Notes: a model not told the origin generated them from the letters alone. A stretch of DNA of 64,000 nt from Vitrella brassicaformis CCMP3155 (GCA_001179505.1 CDMY01000331.1:1-64000), one strand, 5' to 3'; shown: positions 51,379-61,173, counted from the first letter of the stretch. A program made the numbers and translations.

Positions 51379-52913
51379 CGAGATGGAGGGAAGGGCGTGG
51401 GCAGTGTCTGCTGGCGCCAGTGTGTATCTGCCTGTCCATCTCTGCATTGATAAATGTGTGTGCCCATGTCATGTGTGTGCCCATGTCAGCTCTGCCCATG
51501 TCAGCTCGTCTGGCTGCTGATGGGTGCATGTGCGCGGCTGTGGGTTTCTATGCCCGTGACGACTTGCGTGTGTGTGTGTCGGATGTGATGACTTTGCCAA
51601 TGTCATGTTCGTGTGTAGATGTGTGGCAGTCAACTGCAACTGAATTGAGACCAAAAAGTGCATCGGCGTTGTCCACATTTCGGCAGACACACATGAAAGC
51701 AAAACACACAGCAACGAGCCAACAAATAGACAGCCACAGAGTGAAATAGATGCCCCATCCGCCAAAGTCCAACTGAGCGAGTCGGAATTAAGCTACGAGG
51801 AAAACGAAAAGGCCACAACAGCTTTGTGTTGTCTCTTTGACGTACAGCCAGATGGCAACGAGCAGCTGAATGCGAACGCGCCGCATCCATCCATCCATCC
51901 AGCAACACGTGGGTGTCAGCGGTGGGTCATTTGTGTGTCAGTTTGTGTGTCGACTGTCGTGTGTGTGTGTCCAGTTCCCTCTGTGGGCATCTCTGTCGCA
52001 ACACGGCAACCCCAGGGCACCAACACCTGACGTGGGCTGATACTCTAAGGCTGCCTGCGGTCGATGGAGATGCCCACAAATGTGAAGGACACCCTCAGGA
52101 AGGAAAACAGAAAACAGAAGTCGGCTTCCACCACCCACATAGATGACGCAGCCAGGCAGACACTCAACTACGTGAAACAACAACACACACACAGCGGCAT
52201 GAAAAGGAAGACAGCACACATACATCGAGACGCAACAGCTGTCTTTGATGTCTGTTTGTACGACTGTGGGGCGTGTCTGTCTGTTGGCCTTCCCCATATC
52301 AGCAGGCTGCTGTACGGCGGCAGGTGTGTGAATGCTCACACACCGCAGCCATTCAGCAGCAGACCAATAGGAGGCAGGACGACAGACACAGACACACCAA
52401 TGGGAAAATCACCATACAAAGCTCATGAGCAGGAGAATACACTCATGGCAATCATGCTCTCCTCATCCCCCCGCCCCTCTTTCTCGGACACAAAGCTGGA
52501 AGCGACATATAGACAGCAAGCATCAGATAGACCCCACATGAAGAAAGACAGCACCACGGCAGGCAAGCACACGTCGAGCCACGACAGCTCTTCGTGGTTT
52601 GTGAGGCTCACACACAGCACTCACCCAGCAGCACACAAAGGAGGACAGCAGAGAAAGCACACACTTGCACATCCCGGCAGGCGAAAAATCACCACAGCGA
52701 CACACGACATCATCTCATCCATATCCGCTGCCCACAGCAGCAGATCGTACAGCAGTCAATAAAGCCACACACGAAGGGGACTCGATCGACACCCATCACA
52801 CCGTGAAGCGCCACCGCCCGGCATTCACCTTCCCGCGCCACGAGCAGCTGAGCTACAGGCTGTCCATCGACTCACTGCCCTCACACACCGGGACACCGGC
52901 CACCAAGCCCCTC

Positions 52914-55900
52914 TCACATGGACGCGCCTCTTTGAAAAACCATCGTGTTGTTCCCAGGAACACTCCTGACCATCGCACTGCCCGGAAATCCCAGTCCCCG
53001 CAAGAATTCCATGAGCATCTCCCTATTACACGACACGCCGTCGCCCATTCTCAGGCAGACCATTTTAACTGTGGGAAATCGCGTCAAGACCGAAAAGGCA
53101 TTTAGAGAAAAGGACGAGACACACGCGGACAGCGACGGTAGTGCGGGCGGCTGGAGCCGGTTGGCATGACGCACATTGAGAACCACCGTCGCTTTCCTCA
53201 CCCTGGCTTTCACGACTGCCTCGAGCTCATGTGACTCCTCTTCTAATGACTGCCAGTGAAAAACTGGGACGGAAAAACCTCTCTGTGACGGTCGTCGACC
53301 GGTCATATTCATGGACACGAACACGTCGAGAGGCCCGCCCTCGACAGCACAGTGCTTCAGCCCCGCCCACACCAGCGGCACAAGCACATTTCGCGAAGTG
53401 AACGTAACCCGCACTGTGTGAATGACATGCGAGAGGCGAGGCAGCTGCCTAATGACCTTGTCTAACCCTCCCCCATACAGCGACACTCCCGCTGGCCCAC
53501 TCTCGTTGTCCACTTGAAGCGCCGTGGCCGCAGGGAACATCGATGGTACGCTCTCGGTGACCCACTCCGGCAGCGGATGGCGGGCGTCGCGCCTCGTCAT
53601 GCCCTCCGGAAACCTCACAAAGAGGTCAGCCGCTTGCTTGAAGGAGAGGCCATAGAGCTCGTTCGCGCCAGTCGCATGTTTGTCGAGGAGGTAGGGGGAG
53701 AGGCTGACGTACTTCGCGCTCGTCGTCAGGAACTGCAGGGTCTCTCGAGCTCCGGCGAGGTCCTCTGGCCTGCCGATCAGCGGCAGGTGGATGTTGGAGG
53801 GGGCGGGGCACTCGCGGGTTGCTCGCCTGACGAGACGGGGGCGTCCATTGTCCACCGCTAGCGTGTGGTAGAGCTCCTTAGCGCCCTTCGCCAGCCAGGT
53901 GCTTCGGAAGTTATGCAGTGCCTGCGAGAATAAAACCCACATTGATCAAGATACATACCGGTGTTGCGTAGCCGTATTGAGGCTTCTCACTTGTATGTGA
54001 TTGGCTTTGCAGAGTGTCCCCGGAATCACGACCTCCACGCACTCCAGACCGCTAAGTGAGAGAGCCTTTACGTATTTGGCCAGAGAGATGGCGCCAGTGA
54101 GCGACTTGATGGAGCTGTGGGAAGGCGTTCCCGACAGCGATTGGACGATTTCGGTGAGCGGCGTGTACACCGGATGTCCATCAGCTGACACCTGGTAAGA
54201 AACCGACATGCACCTTCCACCCAAGCACGGCCGAATTATCACCTGGCACCCACCTGGTTGAGCAGATGCAGCGACCGCAGGCCGCCAGTCACGCCTTTGA
54301 GCATCGTCAGCCCCCCGTGTGCAGGCCACTCGACGCTCAGATGGGCCAGGGCGGGCATCTCATACACATTCTTCCCACCGATCTGTCTCTGCATCACGCC
54401 CAGCCATTCACGCGTCAGGACCGCCTGACGAGCCGCGGGAAACTCACAGTATTGCGGTCGGCGACACCACGGATTGTGCGGTCAGCGATCGTGACGGTGA
54501 TCTCAGTGACGGCGGGAGCAGCGGCCTCGAGCAGCACAAGGCCAATAACGCGTATGCCGCTCTTGATCAACACGCGAATGCTGCGGGCGTGGGAAAGCAC
54601 ATCTGGAGAATACACCAAGACACACAGACAAGTGACCGGCAACGACTCGACTGCCGTGCTGTGTTGTACTCTCCTTACCTTTCCACTTCTTATGGACGGG
54701 CTGGGGGGCGCGCGTGGGACGTTTGGGGCTGTTGATCAGGACGATTGTGTGCATCTTGGGGTTGCTGACGATCGACTCGATCGCCGTGCTGACACCCGAG
54801 AGACACCGGACGCACTCGACGAAGCCCAGATAACCACCTGCAGACCAAATCAGACAGACAGACAGACAGACAGACAGGTGAGGCGACTGAGATGGCTTTC
54901 CCTTTCGCTCTCTCACCGATGCCGGTGCGATCGCTGTCGCTCAGCCAGAGCACCTCGGGAATGCCCTCCAAGCAGAAGGCATCCTGCACACACACCGGAC
55001 AGCCTCCTCAGTAAAGGGATCACTGTGCCGTCCTGTGTCCTCACCTGTGTCTCCAGCAGCGCCTGTATCATGCGGAGTTTCGCTGCTGAGCGGGAAGTGA
55101 CTATGGGGACGGCTTTGGTCATGGTTTCGACGGTGTCCGGGAGATGGTCGCTGAAGATGCTCTGCCACACACGGAGATTCCGCTCGACAGCCTGATTGAC
55201 AGACAGGCGGAGAGAGGCAGAGATGAACATGTGTGTGAGAGAGGGGCCCATCAATGTGCATAAACGAATACCTGTGGCTTGCTTGGCGTGGCGAAGAGAT
55301 TGAACGCGTGACGCCGCTGCTCGTCCACCAGCTGCAGCTGACTCCTGAGCACACTGCTGAGATGGTCAAGCTCCGTCGGGTTCTTGGCGAACTGAACCAA
55401 AATGGATACCCACGCAAGACACACACACGCACACTCATGTCAAACAGCCCATTTCCGTTTGTCATCGTGTGTGTCTAACCACCCTCGGTGGCAGCCTTTT
55501 ATCCGAGGGTGCGGCCTGGCTGATGGCCTCGATGGTGGGCTGGGCGTGTTTGTCGACGATGCTCTGCCACACACGCAGATTCTGCTCAACAGCCTGACGG
55601 ACGGACAGACAGACAGACAGAGACGAATGTGTGCGCATGAGAGAGAGAGAGGGAGAGAGAGAGAGAGACGAATGTGTGATTGTGAGAGGGGGGCCCCGTG
55701 ACATGCCTGTGCTTTGTTTGGTGCGACGAGGAGGTTGACAGCCTCTCGCCTGTGCTCGTCCACCAGCTGCAGCTGACTCCTGAGCACACCGCGGAGACTG
55801 TCAAGTCCTCTCAGCTGCCTCGCAAACTGAACCAACACACGGACGGACAGCCAGCCAGAGAGACAGACAGCATCGATTGCATGACATGACCAACGTGTTT

Positions 55901-56799
55901 GTGTGTGTATTCCTTACCGGTGGCTGCAGCTGCGGCAGCTGTGCGGGAATGGTCGATGCTGGCTGCGTGCATCCGACTGGCGAATGGCTGTCGGCGACGA
56001 GTGGATATGACGGCGTTGGTGCTGTGAATGGCAGTGGCTGTGGGCCAGTGGGGCCACTTGATTGATGGACCGGACAGGACACACAGAAAGCAAGAATGGA
56101 CAGCCATGTGCACACCGTCATGTGGATGGCTTACGGTGTGTTGTGTTGTGCCATGCAGTATGGCGCTATCAGCTTCTCCATCACACGCTGCCGACAACCT
56201 TAAGAAGTGAGCGACAAACAAACACAATGAAGGCAGACACATCGATTATGGTACACACATTGCCATTGACAGAGAGTCTCCTCCTTACGTGTTAATTTGT
56301 AATAGTGTTGTGTGATGAAGTCATCAGCGGCCCTCCCATGTGTGCCGCACACACGACACACTGTCCGCCTCTCGCCACTGATCACGCACACACACACAGG
56401 CGAATTGACTTGCCTTCAGTGACCCCATTCGGCCGTCCACCTGATGTCGTCGAAGTGGAGCCTCCTGTCGCCGATGAACAGATTCCCTGGCCCTCTCACG
56501 ACCTCCTCGATGACATCGGTGTGCGGGAAGGCCCACACCGTCTCACACAGGCCGTCCACCAGCACACAGTCACTGCCCTGGGCGATGGGCGGCGTGAGGG
56601 CTTTCCTACTCGACCGAAAGAGCGGCGCACAGTCGTCTTGTCGGTTGAGGTAGGCCTGGCCGCTGATGTGCAGGGGAAGGGCGGGGAGGGAGGCGGTGAC
56701 CTGCAGATCTTCATCGTTGTCGGGCAGATCTCCATAAGCAGCATCACCGACACGCCGCTTCTTCCTTCTGTGTGTCGTCTCCTCCATCTCATGGGACAT
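52914..56799 (-). CDS. Hypothetical lineage-specific multi-exon protein with an internally duplicated exon pair
   Basis: Start MSHEMEETTHRRKKRR at 56799, several spliced exons, and a 342-aa last exon ORF ending at 52914. No family recognised. The exon chain is not fully resolved, so partial decay is possible. Confidence 0.5.
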
Positions 56800-57064
56800 T
56801 TCGGCTGCGACTCTCCGCAAGCTTAGCTCGCAGACGAAAGGAGAAGAATGAAGAGGAGGACACACACCAGGTACGCCGGGAGATGTGCACAACAAAATGA
56901 ATAGATCCGGCACGATTACATGCATCATGTGCCGGCTGTGTGTCTGTGTCTGCAGCACCGCCCGCCGCATTTCTCTGTCCCAGAGCGTCGCTGTCTGCCT
57001 GCCGGCCACACACTGCTGTGCCCTTATTGACTGCAGCCATCTCTGCTGACCGAGCCGCCTGACG

Positions 57065-57145
57065 ATGAGTGGCCACGACGACGCCCTCTCTGATGACGCC
57101 CAATCGCTATCAAGCGCCTTCACGGTGGCCCATGCCGACATTTGA
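57065..57145 (+). promoter_or_regulatory. uORF (26 aa, truncated MORN leader) upstream of qRRM-ART B
   Basis: MSGHDDALSDDAQSLSSAFTVAHADI* ends 29 nt before the main ATG. Counterpart in A is 46957-47055 (32 aa). Confidence 0.6.
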
Positions 57146-57174
57146 GACGACCATCCCGTCTTGAGCGTCAGCCC

Positions 57175-58576
57175 ATGAGCACCGTTGACGCATTCGTAAG
57201 GCAAGCAGTCCTGCCCCAGTGACAGCGTGGCATCCTCCCTCTCTGTGTGTGTGTAGGTGCGGCTGCGTGGTTTGCCGAACAACGCGTCGGAGCAGGACAT
57301 CGTGTCCTTCATGCTGCCACTGCGGTGCCACACCGATGAAGTCACCATCATACGAGACCGTCACGTAAGCAGCCACGCCCACATGACATCGTATTCCTTC
57401 CATCGAGATTGCTGTGTGTCGCTTGTGTGTTCTCACTGGCGTCTTCAGGGCTATGCTACGGGTGAGGCATTTGTTCGTTTCAACTCCGGTGCAGAGGTGA
57501 GGTCAAGAACAGCCGCTGGCAGCGTGCTCACACGTTCGTTTGTGTGTCTTGTTTTCTGTCCCCAGGCCTTGGGGAGGAACGGCCAGCGTCTCGGCGCTTA
57601 TTGTATCGAGGTTCTTCCTTGCTGGTGCAGCGACTATGATGCCTACGTCAGCCGAGTGAACAATCGCGAAAAGAAGAAGGCCCTCCGCTACACAGTGTAC
57701 CACTCGCTGAAGGCGCTCAAGGACAGGAACACACGAGAGATCGCGCACCTCGCCCAGCGGTCCGCCATCGAACAGCAGCACTGGGAGCAGATGAGAATGC
57801 TCGAACGGGAGGTGGATTTATCTCTCCGCCGTGTGCGGGACCTGACGGGCAATATCGACGAGCTGCAGCGGCTGCAGACTACTCTGACGAATGAGCTGCA
57901 GCAGCTGGAGGGCATCACCGACGCCTTCGTGTGGAAGGTCTCTATGCAGCATGAGCGCAACCGGCGGCTCCGCGAGGCTATTCAGGCTCTCGAGAACGAC
58001 ACCGCCATGCTGGAGGAGCGACACCGACAGCTCGAGAGGCGCCATGCGAGCATCACACGTCGAGAGCAAGCAGAGCAAGACCTCAAGCGTGCGCTATTTC
58101 AGCGCATCCAAGAGCTGGCAAGATTGAAGCTGGATGCACTCAAGCGCAAGGAGAGGCTGCAGAGGCGCATCGATGCATTGCCCGATCCAGGAAGCGGCGC
58201 GGCAATCCTCTTCCATCAGACTGACCCACAAAGCGCCCAGCGACTGAGGGTTGGTGTCGACATGAGGGCATGCAAGCCGATTTCGGATTTCTGGAGTGCA
58301 AGCCAGATTAATCGTCCTGGATTCTTCTGTGCATCAACGGAGGAGATCACGAACGACCCCAGCAAGGCTCAGCATCGTGGGTGGATGTTCAAGTTGGCAG
58401 TGCGACTTGGCCGTGTGAGGGAGCTGCAGACACTCAGAGGATACGGCACGCTGGCGAGCAACGACGAGTTCGACAGTGTGGTGATTCAGACGGACTCGGG
58501 GCTGGAGTTTGCTGTGACGAAATCAGAGCAGGTGACGATTATTAACGACTACCCCTACCCTCAGGGAATCAGATAG
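57175..58576 (+). CDS. qRRM-coiled-coil-ADP-ribosyltransferase (PARP/Gig2-like fold, H-F-E), copy B, intact, about 395 aa
   Basis: Exons 57175-57195, 57257-57364, 57449-57496 and 57566-58576. hnRNP F/H-type quasi-RRM (VRLRGLP...TGEAFVRF...YCIEV), long heptad region, then ILFHQT / PGFFCA / KA..RGWMFKLAVRLGRV / FDSV / GLEFAV..EQV. Confidence 0.85.
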
Positions 58577-58800
58577 AAAGTGGTTGCGAGTCTGTGTGTC
58601 CGACTTTATGTGTTGGTGGTCCACGTTTTTGTCTACCTGCCTGTGCATGTCATAGAGCTGCTGTTTATCCAACGAAATGGCCCGTGTGGATAAACACACG
58701 GTGTGTGTGTGGATGGCTACTTCGTGTGCGACTTTGCCATTGGTTTATGAATGCTTTTGTCCACGCATTTCCTCCCAAACACTACCATTAAATCCCTCAG

Positions 58801-59769
58801 TCACGGACTCTGGAATGGCGCACCAATGATCCGTACTTGATCATTGCGATACACCACATATTCCAGACCGTGGCGGTCGGTCACAATTACGGAATCGAAA
58901 CCTCGCTGCTTCACCAGCGCCTCACTCAGCTGAGAGTCACTATGGTTGAGCTCAAGCACTCGTCCAAGCCGCAATCCAACCTTCACAACCCAGTCCGTCC
59001 GCCCTGACTGATGGCCGACCTTATGCTTGGTCATCTCCGGCGAGCACGCGCAATAGAGGCCCTTGCCCGCATAGTTTCGGTGCCTGGCGTAGCGATCGAT
59101 GTCCACTCCGTGACGCTCAAGGCTGATAGCGCCCTCTCGAGTAGTGCGATGATAGGCAATGACACCGTATGGGCATTGCAGGCACCAGTGACTGGAATGG
59201 CCGTGTGGATTATTGCGGCAGAAGTGACTGTGCTGGCCGTTCGCATAGCGGCGGAGCTGTCGTTCCAGACGCCTCACGACCCCCTCTTCGTCTGCCGCTT
59301 GGCCGCTCAACACATTGGCCTCTCTCTGCCGGGCCGCATTAGCAACAACGAGCTGCTGGATCTGCTGGCTGAGAGCATCGCTGCAGCGGGAGAGAGCTGC
59401 GTTGACCTCCTCATGCCGCCGCCGTGTGACCTCTCGGTCTTCGTGCATAGCAGTCAGGCGTCGGCCCTCAGCGACCGCAATAGAATGCTCCTCACGCAGC
59501 TCCTCTTGTGCCGCGTTCTGCTCGCAAGTCTGGCCGCTCAGGTGCTCATTCTGCAGTGTCAGCATGGCCCTCACTGCAGTGAGGGCGTTCTCACGATGCA
59601 GTGCGTCATCAAGGCGGTCCTGGGCCGGCTGTCGCTCGGCGGCGTGTCGGGCGGCCTGCTGTCTGTCCTCGTCTGCATGGCGCTGGAGCTGCGCAGTGTT
59701 GGTTCGCTCCCTAAAGGCTCTCGCTTTGGCCCTGGTTCGCTCCCTGAAGGCTCTCACGCGAAGATCCAT
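58801..59769 (-). CDS. Coiled-coil-Cys/His cluster-ADP-ribosyltransferase (PARP/Gig2-like fold, H-Y-E), copy B, intact, 322 aa
   Basis: Single ORF: heptad region, HSHFCRNNPHGHSSHWCLQC, then IAYHRT / GKGLYCA / TKHK / VGLRLGRV / GFDSV / GLEYVVYRNDQV. Confidence 0.87.
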   Translation of the reverse strand: MDLRVRAFRERTRAKARAFRERTNTAQLQRHADEDRQQAARHAAERQPAQDRLDDALHRENALTAVRAMLTLQNEHLSGQTCEQNAAQEELREEHSIAVAEGRRLTAMHEDREVTRRRHEEVNAALSRCSDALSQQIQQLVVANAARQREANVLSGQAADEEGVVRRLERQLRRYANGQHSHFCRNNPHGHSSHWCLQCPYGVIAYHRTTREGAISLERHGVDIDRYARHRNYAGKGLYCACSPEMTKHKVGHQSGRTDWVVKVGLRLGRVLELNHSDSQLSEALVKQRGFDSVIVTDRHGLEYVVYRNDQVRIIGAPFQSP

Positions 59770-59853
59770 CCGTCAAAACGCGTGTAAGCTGACAAACACA
59801 CAGGGCATTGCGCTGTCAGACTGTCTGTACATGTTCTCCTTACTGGCAACGAA

Positions 59854-59919
59854 TTACACCGCCGTCGCAACAAAGGGCAACAGTAGCATGAGAAATCTGG
59901 CCAGATCTTCGTTGCCCAT
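59854..59919 (-). promoter_or_regulatory. Candidate uORF (21 aa) upstream of coiled-coil-ART B
   Basis: MGNEDLARFLMLLLPFVATAV*, followed by a GTAAGG donor and a tgtttgtcag acceptor before the main ATG. Conserved in A at 49816-49881. Confidence 0.4.
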
Positions 59920-60108
59920 CACTCAGCACGTCACTTCACTGGAAGAGCTTCCTACTGCGAGCTCAGCATGCAGGAGCGCCTTGAGGCCATGCCTTTCTAT
60001 TCCCGCGCGTTGCTGTGTGCCCGGCAGTCACCCTCAGCTGTGCCCCTTCCCGTAGCAAGCGCAGATCTCTCCTGAACGAGCTGCCCTTTCGCGTGCTTAC
60101 TGCTGACA

Positions 60109-61173
60109 ATGAATGGCCACCACGACGCCCTCTCTGACGACGCCCAATCGCTGTCAAGCGCCTACACTGTGGCTGCTGCCGACGTCATGCAGCAGCTGCA
60201 GAGCCTCCAGAGGTCACAAGAGGCACTCGCCGCCCAGCACACGAGACAAATGGAGCAGACAGAGGCAAGACACCAGGCTGCTATAGAGAAGCTGGAGAGC
60301 CGCATCCGGGGACTGGAGGCACTCGCAGGCATCGCTGTTGGCAGCATGTCCTTTGAGGGTGGCGTCTATGACGGACAGCTGATGGGTAGGAAGCCCCACG
60401 GCAGCGGCATTCTGCGCGCACAGCATGGCCGTGTCATCTACACCGGTGACTGGCGGCACGGCAAGCGGCACGGCCGCGGGAAATCGACAAACGGCCGTAT
60501 GGTGTATGAGGGTCAATGGGCGGATGGCGAGATGAAAGGCAAGGGCCACATTACCAACCTGACGCTCAAGGACGCCCAAGGACAGCATTTGGGCCTCTTC
60601 ACTGGACCCACACTCGACGCCAAGCCGCACGGCGAGGGGGATATGCGAGACGACCTCGATCAGGTCATCTACAAGGGCGAGTGGATTGATGGAGTGAAGA
60701 AAGGAGCTGGTGAAGCGACGGGCATGCCATGGGAGGAGGGCTGCAAATATTACGGGGGAACCTTCCATGGGCAGCCAGACGGCGAGGGCGAGCTGAGAGA
60801 CGGCGACGACCAACCCATCTACAAGGGCGAATGGAAGAACGGCAAGCGACACGGCCAGGGGAAGGCATACTACCGCGACCGCCGTACTCAAGGATGGAGG
60901 AGGAAAAGGTGGCGGCCTGTGTTGTGGTTCGATGGCGAATGGAGGAAGGGGAAGGTGTACCGAGGCATCCTCTTTCCTAACGGCGGCTGGGTAGACCCTT
61001 CCGAGGAAACGGTATGGCCCGACCCCAGACACTGCTCACTTCCCATATCATGGCAGGCGGGGCAGGAGATACCTCATGCCTATCTGCCGGGGATAGGATA
61101 CCTGTCCCAGTGGCTGGCGAATCAAGATGTATCAGTGTATCTGCCTGATAGACTAAGGCCACTGGCATACTAG
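60109..61173 (+). CDS. Coiled-coil + MORN-repeat protein (cassette B), single exon, 354 aa
   Basis: Same leader MNGHHDALSDDAQSLSSAYTVAAADVMQQLQ, MORN repeats and a diverged cap domain (VLWFDGEWRKGKVYRGILFPNG...WQAGQEIP). Confidence 0.88.
   Translation: MNGHHDALSDDAQSLSSAYTVAAADVMQQLQSLQRSQEALAAQHTRQMEQTEARHQAAIEKLESRIRGLEALAGIAVGSMSFEGGVYDGQLMGRKPHGSGILRAQHGRVIYTGDWRHGKRHGRGKSTNGRMVYEGQWADGEMKGKGHITNLTLKDAQGQHLGLFTGPTLDAKPHGEGDMRDDLDQVIYKGEWIDGVKKGAGEATGMPWEEGCKYYGGTFHGQPDGEGELRDGDDQPIYKGEWKNGKRHGQGKAYYRDRRTQGWRRKRWRPVLWFDGEWRKGKVYRGILFPNGGWVDPSEETVWPDPRHCSLPISWQAGQEIPHAYLPGIGYLSQWLANQDVSVYLPDRLRPLAY

Larger units (their letters stand above)
56945..60250. repeat. Segmental duplication block B (ART pair plus flanking MORN upstream regions/leaders)
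   Basis: Counterpart of 46850-50230. Confidence 0.9.

Noticed and set aside
51100-52900. Possible small minus-strand gene and 232-aa plus ORF
   Set aside because: Low-complexity sequence with stops in every candidate exon chain; nothing supportable.
57365-57565. Both later introns of qRRM-ART B are in-frame and stop-free (84 and 69 nt)
   Set aside because: The equivalent intron in copy A is 83 nt, so the in-frame state is not conserved and is probably chance.
46850-60250. Autonomous transposon or LTR element explanation for the cassette
   Set aside because: No transposase, RT, integrase, TIRs, TG...CA termini or target-site duplication were seen. The flanking direct repeats are gene upstream regions/leaders.
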